NCBI GenBank assembly: GCA_964016885.1
Contig: OZ024748.1
Span: forward strand, 558,001 to 622,000
Direction: 5' to 3'
DNA from: Eledone cirrhosa
Taxonomy: Eukaryota
DNA: 64,000 bases
This document shows positions 36,890 through 51,241 of this stretch, one piece after another. Each line of letters begins with the position of its first letter. The stretch's first letter is position 1. Made by a program: the position numbers and the translations under genes. The notes under the pieces were generated by a model. It worked only from the letters and a program-made list of their open reading frames with translations, had not been told where the DNA came from and did no database searches.

Positions 36890-39750
36890 TTCTTTATTTA
36901 CCATAAAGGCATAAAAAGAAGGGACAAATACAAAGGGGGGAGTTTACATATAATCGAGTAAAAAGGGTGTAACATGAAAATAATCGAAAATAACCTCAAA
37001 AGGGAGGGGACGTGATGGGGGTTGCACACACCCCCGAAAAAGTGTGCAATCCTTTGCCCGGGGAACACATGGAGAAGGTGCTCCCCTCTCCTTTACTTCT
37101 TTACCTACAGGATGGTATACAGAGAAGGCCCATTTACACGAGCCATTCTCGCCACTATCACCCACCTTTCATAAAACTGCCTGTGGCCAAGCACCTCTCT
37201 CTCCATTCTTATCCTTCTTCCGAAGTGATATCGGAAGAAGTAGACCAGACTATGGCCAGAGAGGAAGTTGCCTGACCTCAGACCTTTCAATCGTGTCCAC
37301 CAAACAACCTCTTTCAACATGGCTATTACGCACAGAAAAACCGCCTTTGCTTCCTTTGTGAAGAGGGGAGGTGGTTTGATTGTCATCACGGACTCGGCGG
37401 TCAATTTAATCGGCGCCACCCGCGACAGCAGTCGTTCGGCGTAGCCCCACAGATCAGCCACGCCCGGACATTGCACCAATGCGTGCGCAACGGTTTCTTC
37501 GTGACGCACGCATCTAGGGAAAATCTTTTTTGAGGGATCCCTGCCCGGGCGCCCGTGTCTGTAGAGCCTCTCTCGAACGGGTAGAGCCCCCCGGTAGCAC
37601 TGCCAGGCCAGTGACTTCTGGAAGTTGTCCATTGGTCCTGGGCCGAAAGTCCTACCGAACAGGCTGGCCAGTTCGTCTTCTTCCATGTCCAGCGACTCTC
37701 CAAGGGTGTCATCGCCCCTGCTAGCCACCAGCCCTCTATAGAATGCTGAGGTGGATTCTCCACCGATGGCCTGGCCCGCTTGCCAGAGAGCCTGAGCGCC
37801 TGAGCACACTCCGTGTGCCAGTCTCCCAGTTTTCCGGATCTTTGCTTGACCCAGGACTGTAGCTCGGTGAGCGAGACGAGTCTCGGAAAGGCTCGTTTCA
37901 CGAACGGAGCCCACACCGGTTGACCAGTGAGGAATACCTGTAGGTGCCGTAGCCTTAATGCGTGCCTACGCATCATCAACCACGGCATCCCCAGCCCTCC
38001 TTTCGAAGGTTGTTGGCAGCAGATGGATCTTCTCACCATAGGAGGATGCTTCTTCCAAAGAAATTGGAAGAGCATGTGTTCCATGGTGGTGAGTGTTTCC
38101 TTAGGGCAAGGCACGACAGTCAGGCGGTAGTAAGTGACGGACGCTATGTAAATGTTCGCCACCTCCGCCCGGCCTTTTAGGGACAGCTTACACTTGGCCC
38201 ATTTCTGGGTTAGTGCAAACACCTTGTTCGTAACCTCGTTCCAGTTCTTTTCCACCTGGAGGTCCAGTCCAAACCAGACCCCAAGCAACTTTACCGGGCC
38301 CTCCGTCCAGTGTCCGACGACACCGTCAGGAGGCATCGGTCTGCCTCTCCACGTTCCGAGTTGCAGCCCGATGGATTTTTCCCGGTTCAGTTTCGCTCCT
38401 GACAACCTTTCGTACTCCTCCAGTAAGGTACCGATCGCCTCGATCTCCGAGTCGGTTGATACCATTACTGTTACGTCAATCCTGGTTCAATCCTGGTTCC
38501 AGGGGGATACCCTGCAACAACTCCAACTTCCTCAGTAAAGGCTCGAGAGTCAATACGTACAGAAGGGAGGAGAGAGGGCACCCCTGTCGAATGGATCGTG
38601 TGATTTCGAACGGCTTCGAAAGGTAGCCGTTCACATTGATCCTAGAACAGATGTGGTTGCTATGTAGGGCAGTGATCCAGCCTCTGAAAACAGGACCGAA
38701 CCCAGCCGCCGCTAGCACCACATCCAGGTAACCATGGTCGACCCTATCGAAGGCCTTAGACTGATCCAAGTTGATCAGGGCCCCACCGAAGCCGGGTTTG
38801 TTGCCAACCCTCTCTATGATGTATCGCATGAGGTGGAGGTTATCGTGAATGGACCTGGATGGGATAGCACATGTCTGCGCATCTCCCACCAGGCCACCCA
38901 CGACAAGCGCCAACCTCTTTGCTAACACCTTGGCCAAAATCTTTAACTCTGTGTTTAGCAGGGTTATGGGCCGAAAATTATTTATACTACCCCCCTTGTT
39001 CTCGTCCTTCCTCACCAGCGTGACTACGCCCTTGGCTACAGAACAAGGAATTCTCCCGTTCTGCTGCCAATTGCAGTAGACCGCTTCGAGGAGTTCGGAG
39101 AAGAAGACCGGCATTGCTAAATAAAGTTCGTAAGGTATACCATCGAGACCTGGAGATTTGCGTCTGCTGCATTGGCTCAGCGCATCTCCGATCTCATCAG
39201 CCGAGATTGGTCCCTCGCAGGACTCTGCCTCTTCGTTCGAGAGACGCGGCAGGCCGTCGAGGTATGGACCGAAATCCACGCCCCTGCCCGGACCCTCGCC
39301 TCCCCCGAACAATCGGGCAAAGTGCCTTTGAAAGGCCTCGCACATCTGCTTAGGCTCCCGGATCACCCGTCCATCTTCGTCTTGCAACGACCGGATGGTG
39401 GATCGATTTCCACTCTTAGCTTCTGTCACGCGGGCCCATCCAACGGCTTTGGCCCCCTCATTACCTAGAGCACGTATTTTACTTCGAATGACGCAGCCTT
39501 CGTGCTTTGCATCGAAAAACTGGTTCAAGGCTGTCCTCGATGCCAGCACTCTGGCCACATCTTCGCTCTTGATTGCCTCTTCTAATTTACCTGTTAATTC
39601 TTTCTCGTTTCTATTCCTATCGGCAGCTAACATCTTGCTATAACTTATTGATTCTGTTCTAATCTCTCTTTTGAGAGATGCCCACCATCGGTTGTTGACG
39701 ATTGCACCCGTCAACCTCTCCTTAACTAATCTGCTAATCCGGTTTCTGTA
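36890..39750 (-). mobile_element. 5'-truncated Tx1/L1-clade LINE (RT + C-terminal Cys/His region), frameshifted
   Basis: KSPGLDGIPYELY, NFRPITLLNTELKILAK, LDQSKAFDRVDH, IRQGCPLS, GGLGMP, C..C..ETVAHALVQC; I could not find the YADD-type catalytic motif at the frameshift near 38470; flanked by (AGAT)n. Confidence 0.9.
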
Positions 39751-39761
39751 AGTCTATATAG

Positions 39762-39800
<39 letters not shown>

Positions 39801-40236
39801 CATAATTTAGTGGTTGAGATAATTCTAACTATCAGCTGAGATAAGTATATTTTAGCAGTTGCAATCATTATAATTTAGCAATAGAGATAATTACATTTTA
39901 GTAGTTTAGATAATTATAATTTAGCTGTCCAGACAATTGTAATTCAACATTTGCAATAATTATATAAGTCTTCAAATAAGTCAATTGGAAAATATAAAAT
40001 ACTATTTCGAGACAAATGTGAAATTTTACTCAAGTGAATGTATTGTGTGATCAGGAAGGAAATATAACTAGACCTGATTGGTGATTAATGTGTGGAAATT
40101 ATTGATTTGTTTTCTTAGAGATGTATGTATGTATGTGGGTATGTATGTGTGTGTATGTATATGTATGTATGTAGGTATGTATGTATGTGTATCTATATGT
40201 ATGTAGGTACGTATGTATGTGTGTATGTATGTATGA

Positions 40237-40269
<33 letters not shown>

Positions 40270-40709
40270 TGTATGTATGTATGTATGTATGTATGTTTAA
40301 CCCTTTAGTTACCAGCCCAGACCAAACCGGTTCTGGTTCTATGAAATAAAGCCACCCATTTTAAAGATTTCCAATTTAAATTAAAATCTTCCAACATAAT
40401 TTTACAAAAGAACCTTACATTAAGTTACTATCTTAGTAATGAAATAATTAGTAATTTTCATAAATCCCTCAAAAATCATTATTAATTAATTGAAACAGAG
40501 TATATTTCATAAGAAATATGGTCATGATTGTGTTAAGACAGCTAGGGACAGAACTGACATTTTTCTTTGAATTACAGGGATAATACCTCCAACAGGCTTC
40601 CACACAGTTTCTGTCTTCAGAATTTCACTCAGAAAGTATATTTATTGCCAAATTGTTTAGAAGTTTGCATCATAATAACAAGGTTCTTGTTTTGATCACA
40701 TTGGAACAA

Positions 40710-41570
40710 CATCACCACCACCACCACCACCACCACCGCCATTACAACCACCACCACCACCACCACCACCACCACCACCACCACCACCACCACCACAACA
40801 ACAATACCATTCTTTCCACTACTCCAACTAATGGATTTTTTGATTAAATTAACCTGAGAGTATAGAATATAGGGAATGGATTTAGACATAAGTACCATCA
40901 CCATAACCATCACCCTAACCATCATCCTAACCATCACCATTACCACCATCACCATCACCACCATCACCATCACCATAACCATTACCACCATCACCATCAC
41001 CATTACCATCATCACCATCACCATTACCACCATCACCATCACCATAACCATCACCATCATCACCATCACCATCGCCATAACCACCACCATAACCACCACC
41101 ATAACCATCACCATTACCACCATCACCATCACCATAACCATCATCACCATCACATCACCATAACCATCACCATCACCATCATCACCATTACCACCATCAC
41201 CATCACCATCATCACCATTACCACCATCACCATAACCATCACCATAACCATCACCATCACCATCATCACCATAACCACCACCATTACCACCATAACCATC
41301 ACCATAACCATAACCACCATAACCATCACCATAACCATCACCATCATCACCATAATCATCACCATTACCACCATCACCATAACCATCACCATTACCACCA
41401 CCATTATCACCATAACCATAACCATCACCATCACCATCATCACCATAACCATCACCATTACCACCATCACCATTATCATCACCATCATCACCATAACCAT
41501 CACCATTACCACCATCAACATTATCATCATCATCATCACCATCATCATCATCAACACCACCACCACCAAC
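40710..41570. repeat. (CAC/CAT)n low-complexity tract
   Basis: ACCATC-type hexamer runs. Confidence 0.9.
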
Positions 41571-41786
41571 ATAATTATTTCAATTTACAGGGAAATTTGT
41601 ATTTCCAGCCATTTAAAAATAGGTTTATTTATATACACATATATGTGTATATTTATATACATATATATGTGTATATTTATATACACATATATGTATATAT
41701 TTATATATACATATATGTGTATATTTATATACATATATGTGTATATTTATATACACATTGTTGCAGTCTCAGTTACACACTCTGAT

Positions 41787-42558
41787 ATGGAGGCACATGG
41801 CTTAGTGGTTAGAGCATTGGCCTTGCAATCGAAAGGTTGTGAGTTCAATTCTCAGACTGGGTGATGTGTTGTTTCCTTGAGCAAGACACTTTATTTCACA
41901 TTGCTCCAGTTTACTCAGCTGTAGAAATGAGATGATAGGACTCGGGTCCCTATCATTCCTCTGCAAAGTGGTCGTGGAGGTGCCACTGCAAGAAAGCACC
42001 CAGCCCACACTGTAAAGTGGTCGTGAAGGGGCCACGGTAAAAAGCACCCAGCCCACATTGTAAAGTGGTCGTGAAGGGGCCACGGAAAAAAGCACCCAGC
42101 CCACACTGTAAAGTGGTCGTGAAGGGGCCACGGAAAAAAGCACCCAGCACTCACTGTAAAGTGGTTGTGGAGGGGCCACGACAAGAAAGCACCCAGCCCA
42201 CACTGTAAAGTGGTCATGGAGGTGCCACGGCAAGAAAGCACCCAGCCCACACTGTAAAGTGGTCATGAAGGGGCCACGGAAAAAAGCACCCAGCACTCAC
42301 TGTAAAGTGGTCGTGGAGGGGCCACGACAAGAAAGCACCCAGCCCACACTGTAAAGTGGTCATGGAGGTGCCACGGCAAGAAAGCACCCAGCCCACACTG
42401 TAAAGTGGTCGTGAAGGGGCCACGGAACAAAAGCACCCAGCACTCACTGTAAATGAGGTTGATGTTAGGAGGGGCATCCGACTGTAGAAATCAAGCCAGA
42501 ATCAGTTCCCGTCCCACCCTTGCAAGCAGACGCAAAATGAAATGATGATGATGATGAT
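41787..42558 (+). mobile_element. SINE head joined to an RTE family D 3' UTR with ~10 tandem 48-49-bp repeats
   Basis: tRNA-like head at 41787-41860; unit AAAGTGGTCGTGAAGGGGCCACGGAAAAAAGCACCCAGCCCACACTGT; single-copy form at ~23115-23163; (GAT)n tail. Confidence 0.75.
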
Positions 42559-42696
42559 CACTTTATCAAACACAATATATATGTACCTGATCTCTCGGAC
42601 TATTACGAAGTGCTGAGGGGATAAAGTTTATATAGAAAATGGTGTACTTATACAGAGAAATGCTATAAAATAGCTTATAGAATAATGTGAAGACCT

Positions 42697-43415
42697 TTAA
42701 CCCTTTCACATTTACATTACTCTATAATATACTATTTTATTTTCATGGTAAAGTCTTTACCTCACGTAACATTTACCTTACTCTATAATATACTATTGTA
42801 TTTTCATGGTTAAAGTCTTTACCTCACATAACATTTACATTACTCTATAATATACTATTGTATTTTCATGGTAAAGTCTTTACCTCACATAACATTTACA
42901 TTACTCTATAATATACTATTGTATTTTCATGGTTAAAGTCTTTACCTCACATAACATTTACATTACTCTATAATATACTATTGTATTTTCATGGTAAAGT
43001 CTTTACCTCACATAACATTTACATTACTCTATATTATACTATTGTATTTTCATGGTAAAGTCTTTACCTCACATAACATTTACATTACTCTATATATACT
43101 ATTGTATTTTCATGGTAAAGTCTTTACCTCACATAACATTTACATTACTCTATAATATACTATTGTATTTTCATGGTAAAGTCTTTACCTCACATAGCAT
43201 TTACATTACTCTATAATATACTATTGTATTTTCATGGTAAAGTCTTTACCTCACATAATTATCTCACATAATATTGAATCTATGAGATTTTGAAATTAAT
43301 TATTTTAAGAACAATACCTTAACATCAGTATGAGTGGCCATTTATGTCTGGTTTGAACAGAAAGAGGTGAGAGAATTCTGGCTGGATACAGTCGGTTTAA
43401 ATGCTAAAGGGTTAA
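42697..43415. mobile_element. piggyBac-type MITE with an internal 61-bp tandem array (~9 copies)
   Basis: TTAA-CCCTTT ... TGCTAAAGGG-TTAA; unit ACATTTACATTACTCTATAATATACTATTGTATTTTCATGGTAAAGTCTTTACCTCACATA. Confidence 0.88.
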
Positions 43416-44013
43416 AGATGGAAAAAGAAGTTGCCATTGGTCGCTATGAGGAATTACACTCCATATCTCCCAATGTAAACACAATATTGAAAAACATACA
43501 AACAAGTTTTCTATGTTACTCTATCAAATTCTGTCAATGAATTGCCTTTTTTCACACTTTAATATTGTCACAATATCAACACAATAATGTCACAATATTA
43601 ACACATATTGTTACAATATTGTCACAATATTAACACATATTGTCACAATATTGTCACGATATTAACACAATATTAACACAAGATTTGTTTAAAATGTGAC
43701 ATAATACCACAGTATTAATAGAGTATTTGCAACACAACAACAACAGAAACCTCCCCAACCAACCAACCAGCCAACCAATGAAAATGCTGCCATATTAAGT
43801 CAACTAAGACAAATTAATCACCATTTTAAAGTGTATTATGTAAAATAAAGGCAACTAGATTAGATACCAATATAGTTCTGATAGAACAAAGAACAAAATA
43901 CAAAAAAAATATAATAATAATAATATGAAAAATAAAAGAAACCCCAAAAAAAGACAAACCTAAAGCTATGTTAGTCTCAAACCAAAGCTAATAATGTCTT
44001 CAGTCATCAACAG

Positions 44014-44044
<31 letters not shown>

Positions 44045-44109
44045 CTCCACACAGCCACCTGTCTGGTTGCTGTTAGTCTCAAACCAAGACTATGTCTCTC
44101 GGAATCTCC

Positions 44110-44780
44110 CTGGTGATGGTAGTGGTAGTGGGGGAATGGTGGTGGTGGTAGTGGGGGAATGGTGGTGGTGGTAGTGGGGGAATGGTGGTGGTGGTGGTGG
44201 TGGTAGTGGTGTTGTTGGTGGTGGTGGGTGATGGGGGTAGGATGGGGGTAGGGGGTAGTTGTGCTAATGGACCTCTTTTTGTTGTTGTTGGTGGTGGTTG
44301 TGGGGTGGAGTGGTGGGGGTAGGGTGGGTAGTTGCAGTAATGGTGCTGTTATTGTTGTTGTTGGTGTTGTTGTTGTTGGTGGTGGTGGTAGTGTTGTTGT
44401 TGTTGGAAGTGGTGGGTGTGGTGTTGGTGGATGCGTAATGGTAGTGGTGGTGGAAGTAGTAGAGGTGGTGGTGGCAGTGGTGGTGATGGTAATGGTAGTG
44501 AGGTGGTGTAGGTGGTGGTAGTAGTGGTAATGGTAGTGGTGGTGGTAGTAGGTGGTGGCGGTGGTGGTGGTAGTAGTGGTGGTAGTAGAGGTGGTGTAGG
44601 TGGTGGTGGTGAGGGTAATGGTAGTGATGGTGATAGTAGTGGCAGTGGCAGTGATGATGGTGGTAGTAGTAGAGGTGGTGGTGGTGGTTGTAGTGGTGGT
44701 GATAGTAGTAGAGGTGGTGTAGGTAGTGGTGGTGGTAGTAGAGATGGCAGTGATGGTAGAAGTGGTGGTGGTGGTGCTGT
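44110..44780. repeat. (GGT)n-type low-complexity tract
   Basis: GGT/GTT/AGT trimer runs. Confidence 0.9.
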
Positions 44781-44938
44781 TCTTTCTGTTATATTCTAGA
44801 ATGTGTCATTGCACTTTTTTTAAATTATATTTTGTTATATTTTATAATGTTTCTCCAGCAACTAAAAGACACTTTTAATACTTCCATTACTTGGCTAAAT
44901 CTTCTTTCTAATGCAGTATATGCTGCTAATATGCTAAT

Positions 44939-45005
<67 letters not shown>

Positions 45006-45075
45006 AATGTATGTATACATGTATATATATATATACATGTATGTATGTATGTATATATATATAGGTGTGTGTATT

Positions 45076-45128
<53 letters not shown>

Positions 45129-45354
45129 GTATATATGTGTGTGAATGTGTGTATATATGTATATATATATATATATATATGCATGTATGTATATATATAT
45201 AGGTGTGTGTATTTATATATATATATAGGTGTGTGTATTTATATATATATATATGGGTGTGTGTGTGTATATATATATACACATACATATATATATATAC
45301 ATACACACACACACACATATATATATATGCGTATATATATGAGCATATATATAT

Positions 45355-45399
<45 letters not shown>

Positions 45400-45789
45400 T
45401 GATGGTGTTTTATGTATAATCACACATAGAATCAATCACACATTAACAAAATAAACAATTAAGATATATTAGCAGAAGAGAGAAGGTGGCAGTGACTTTG
45501 TAGCTTTTACAGTATTGAACTCCTTGAAACTAATATATACCTATGTGGATAGCATGGTATAGTATGGTCCCATAACTGCCGATGGAGTCTTAGGGGTGCC
45601 ATAGTAGCATCGGACATTTTTTTAGGCCTGATGGAGCCCATCTTCTCCCCTGCAGGTTTCTTCTGGAGAAGGATATATATATACCGACAGTTGATTGACT
45701 TTCATCGGACTGAGGAAAAAATGTCTCCATTTGCCTTTCCAATTGTTAATACTATCTATCGGTCACAACTCCGGGTAGAAGGAGCAACG

Positions 45790-45830
<41 letters not shown>

Positions 45831-46147
45831 GAGTGTGTATATATATATATATATACACAGTTCAAGAGTAACCAATCTTAAAGAGAGAGATGGAGATAGG
45901 AGAGGAGAGATTGGTGAATTAGTTAGAAGCTAAAGCATAAAGGCATGTGCTCAATGTGCAATATGCAGTGGAAGGCAGCTAGGTGGCTGGGTTCATGCAG
46001 AGGTTAGGTGCACAAAGCTGGAAATATTCATTAGTTAAGCAAAACAAGACCACAAATTTCACAAGGAAGACATTATTAAAAGATTGTCAACATATTTTAG
46101 TTTGATGTAAGGAATGTAGAGAATAATAATAATAATATTAATAATAA

Positions 46148-46335
46148 TTGTTTCTACTTTAGGCACAAGGCCAGCAATTACCCAGTGCATTACTGGTACT
46201 TTATTTTATCGACCCCGTAAGGATGAAAGGCAAAGTCAACCTCGGCGGGATTTGAACTCAGATCGTAAAGGGACGTAACTATGCTGGAAAGCATGGCGTC
46301 CGACCCTCTACCGATACTGCCAATCCACCACCGCT
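46148..46335 (-). mobile_element. tRNA-derived CORE-type SINE (young subfamily)
   Basis: Matches 13620-13803; flanked by duplicated TAATATTAATAATAAT. Confidence 0.85.
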
Positions 46336-46575
46336 ATAATATTAATAATAATAATAATGATATTAATAATAATAATAATGTCCGTTTACAATTGTTTCGC
46401 TACTCCATATAATATTTCTGGATCAAATGATTATATATCATAGGCAGATCTCACACAATGCAGCCTCGACAGAAGAATACTGCTCGACTATGGCAGACAA
46501 TTGATATACGCAGGACACCATAGTGAAATACCAATATATGGAACATTCCTTATTTTAATTTATATTCCTTTTGAA

Positions 46576-46697
46576 GTTCCGATGAGCTGCTCTATTTTTA
46601 CCTATGTTAATTATTTTCAACTGAACCAGATCAATAATGATATATAATCATTTGATCCAGAAATATTATATGGAGTAACGAAACAATTGTAAACGGA
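46576..46697 (+). ncRNA. Hammerhead-like motif with CCGATGA core and long loop II
   Basis: Stem I GTT/AAC; CCGATGA; stem II GCTGCTCT/GGAGTAAC (left-arm copy reads GGAGTAGC); GAAA; stem III A-CAATTG-T; H=A. Confidence 0.45.
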
Positions 46698-48032
46698 CAT
46701 TATTATTATTAATATTATTATTATTATTCTCTACATTCCTTACATCAAACTAAAATATGTTGACAATCTTTTAATAATGTCTTCCTTGTGAAATTTGTGG
46801 TCTTGTTTTGCTTAACTAATGAATATATATATATATATATTTATCACTGGGTGAGCTAAGGAGAACATCTGACCTGATTCTCTTCCAAAGGGTAAATCCG
46901 TCCAACCCATGCTAGCATGGAAGATAGATGTTAAACGATGATGATGATGATATATATATATATATATACAAAGGTACACAGACACACATACATATATACA
47001 TACATACATACATGCATTCATACATATACACACATACATACATATATATAGACTCATATATACATACTCTCATACATACATATATATACACACTCATACA
47101 TACATATACACACACTCATACGTACATATACACACACTCATATATACATACATACATATACACACACTCATACATACATATACACACACTCATACGTACA
47201 TATACACACACTCATATATACATACATACATATACACACACTCATACATACATACATACATATACACACACTCATACATACATATACAAACACTCATATA
47301 TAGATACATACATATACACACACTCATACATACGTACATACATATACACACACTCATACATACGTACATACATATACACACACTCATACATACATACATA
47401 TACACACACTCATACATACATATACACACACTCATACATACATACATATACACACACTCATACCTACATATACACACACTCATACATACATATACACACA
47501 CTCATACATACATATACACACACTCATACATACATACATACACACACACTCATACATACATATACACACACTCATACATACATACATATACACACACACT
47601 CATACATACATATACACACACTCATACATACATACATATACACACACTCATACATACATATACACACACTCATACATACATACATATACACACACTCATA
47701 CATACATATACACACACTCATACATACTTGCTATGCTATCCTCCATTACAATCTTTTTATGTACAAAATGTTCAGATAGACATTCCATCCATTGTCCTAT
47801 CTCTAGGCTACAAACACAAAATCCCACAATTCCCTTCTTTCATCTAACATAATCAATAATATTACTGTCTTTCCTTCCAGATAAATAATTGTTTCCCTTG
47901 TTTCTAGTATTTTTTTAATATAAAATATACAAAAAAATATACAAAAAATATGCAAAATGTATACATGATGTTTACAAAATATATATACAAAATATAGAAA
48001 ATATATATACACAATATATATGCACAATAATT

Positions 48033-48082
<50 letters not shown>

Positions 48083-48299
48083 TTATTATTATATAAAGAA
48101 AATATTTAGAAATATATATATACGAAATATAGAAAAATATATATATATATACATAACAGAAAAAACATATACCAATATATATATACAAAAATATATACAA
48201 AATATATCAAAATATATATACAAAAAATATATACACAAAAATATATAATATATATACAAAATATATACAAAAATATACAATAAAATATGTTATAGTCTT

Positions 48300-48520
48300 C
48301 TTCTCCCATTTATTCCTGACTCCCCCAAAACTCCTTCCAGCGGGTCCTGTCAGAAGCCACCATCTCCAACTAATCCAGCTGGATCCCCAAGCAGGATCAG
48401 CCAAGCTCATGGATGTTATCCAACAAGCATCTTGCTCAAAGACTACCCTGGGGTCTCCTGCTGGTTGGTTTTTGTCCGTAAAATCTGTCCAGCAATTCTT
48501 TCCTAAGACATTCTAACCTC
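48300..48520 (-). mobile_element. Old degenerate RTE-type LINE 3' fragment
   Basis: Minus strand with frameshifts reads RIAGQILRTK/PTSRRPQG...LDNIHELG...LGIQLD.LEMVASDRTRWK. Confidence 0.55.
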
Positions 48521-49114
48521 ATGTTATAATCTAATGATTTTCCCAAGTTGCTTCAGTAAGTCAGTGTATCTGGGGTTCCATGAAAAAAGGTAGAGGAGTA
48601 TATTTATATTATGACCATATAACAGTATTCGACTATGAAGTTACCCCAAAAGTTTCTGAACCAAAAAAGGGTTCTGCATTTGAAAAGGTTTGGGAAACCC
48701 TGCAATATTTTATCATGTAGGAGAAAAAGGAAAAGGACTGATTAACAGAAAGCCCCAAAGGAAACATATTTCCTTTGGGTCTTTCTACTGTTAATTATCT
48801 GCTGGTTGTAACCCCTGATTATGTAGATTCACCTACAATTGAAAACATTCCAGCTGTGACCATCCCATCTTATCCTTCTCCCTTCAGTATCTAACAAAAT
48901 TAGAATATAATATCCTTTCCAAGGTGGTGCCCTAGCATGATGGCAGTCTAGGGACTAAACCCAGTAAAAGAGTGAAAAACACACACAAGAAAAAATATAT
49001 TAAATGAAGTTGTCTTTTTTTAATTTCCCATGATGCATCAGTATATTGCAATGTTGTATATGTTTATTGTTTGCTAAATTATAGGAAAATATGAATATAT
49101 GCTGACAGCTGCAT

Positions 49115-49170
<56 letters not shown>

Positions 49171-49977
49171 TTTAGTAAGTAGTTTCTGTTGTAGTTGTGG
49201 TTTTTAGTTCAGGTCAGCTCTCTGATCAAGCAGACCTAGAATCAAAGATGTTCCAGCTGTGACCATCCCATCTTCACTCACCCCTCCCCACCCTTGCAGA
49301 TTTTCTATTATGTTTTTTCAAATAAACCACAAAAAAAATATAGAAATATCTTATGTTCAAATGAAATTTTATATTTCCCACAATGCACCAGTATATTTCT
49401 ATTTAGGACAACGTCATTAGAGTTTGGTAACCCTCATGAGAACATATTTCTAATGAAATACTCTCTCAAATTCAATTAATTAATGAAGAATTTGGAGAGA
49501 TTTACTCAGGTCTTGTTATATTTGGGAAGGTTCATGTTGTTATAATATTGCCAGAAAAATATAGTAAAACACACTCAATTTGGTTTGGGTTGGTTTTCAC
49601 TTCAGTATATTTTTTATATTTCTATAATTAATTCAGCTGGCAATCAATGTTTATCATTGATTGACCAACAGTTAAAAATATAAATATAGATATAGTTTCT
49701 CAGAGTTCTTTTGTCACACAACTGTGACATAATCAGTGACATTTCAATGTTTCCTTCCATTGTATTCCTGTAATCAGGTCATTATCTCAAAACAAAGATA
49801 GTTTCTTAATATTACAGGTGTCACATGGGTCACATATGTGTTGTTTGAGGGCCACACATTACAACTAATTTTACCAAGATAAAACATGCTCACGCTGTAA
49901 AAATCTTTGTGCGGGCTGCAGGTGTGCTTGTAAAGGGCCGTATCTTTGAAATGCCTGCTCTATATCTCTTTCTCACT

Positions 49978-50053
<76 letters not shown>

Positions 50054-50736
50054 CTCTATCTATATATCTATATACTTCACTATCTATCCCTCTCTTGAAG
50101 AAATCTACTGTTTTCAGCCCTGGGCAGAGAGAGATGGGCTCTGCCAGGCTTTAAGCCCCCCCCAGGAATGCCATATGCCACTACAACACCCCTACGACAC
50201 CCTCAGAAGTTATGGGGCCATAACCATATCAATATTTAGAAGGGTTAAGAATATTGTTAACAGCTGCTGGCACATGTTATTATTGTTTATTGATCTGTGG
50301 TTTAGATCAAAGACAATCCAACTGTAACCATCACCTCTTCCACCTCACACTTCTTTTATAGTTTTATAGAAAACAAGAACAGAAATATATAAAGACATCC
50401 AAATATGGCCGTGGTGCATGTCTTTATGTATGGAAATGGGATGGTGGGAGGGGGGATATGGGGGTGAGGCTGGAGAGGGGGGGATAAGAGGGGGGATTGG
50501 GAGAGAGAAGTAGAGGGGGAAAGAGAGGGTGTAGGGAACATGGAGGGAGAGGGTGAGTGAAAGAGAGAGCAAAAAATAAAGAAATGTAACAAGTCTTTAT
50601 GAGAAGGGGGTGGTAAGAGTGTGTGTGCGAGCTAGTGAGAAAGAGAGTGAGTGGAAGAGAGGGAGAGTGAGAGCATGAGAGAGAGTGCGAGAGAGTGAGA
50701 GCTAGTGAGAGAGTGAGAGTGAGAGAGGTTGAGTTT

Positions 50737-50767
<31 letters not shown>

Positions 50768-51206
50768 TGAGTGGGAGAGAGAGAACAAGAGAGGGGGAGA
50801 GTTTGAGAGAGAGTGAGAGAGTGTGTGTGAGAGAGTTTGACAGAGAGAGAGAGATATTGAGAGAGAAAGAGTGAGAGAGTTTGAGAGAGAGAGAGAGAGA
50901 GAACAAAAGAGGGAAAGTGATAGAGAGAGAGGGAGAGTTTGAGAGAGAGAACAAAAAAAAGAATTAGTTTTATGCAAACTTTTATAAAACCTGTAAAAAG
51001 AAAATAAATTTCTTGAGTTCCAAAGAAATTTTACATTTCCCATGATGCATCAGTATTTTATAACATGTGAAGGTGACATGTTTGTTGTTTGAAGAAATGT
51101 CCTTGACTGGTTGTTGTTGTTGTTGCACATGATGTTGCTGCACTTGTAGTTGTTGTTGTTGTTGTAGCTGTTGCTGTTATAGCTGTTGTTGTTGTTGTTG
51201 TTGCAC

Positions 51207-51241
<35 letters not shown>

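Larger units (their letters stand above)
46024..46826. repeat. Foldback element with ~190-bp inverted arms; SINE inserted in left arm
   Basis: 46024-46147 plus ~46370-46441 is the reverse complement of ~46637-46826. Confidence 0.9.
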
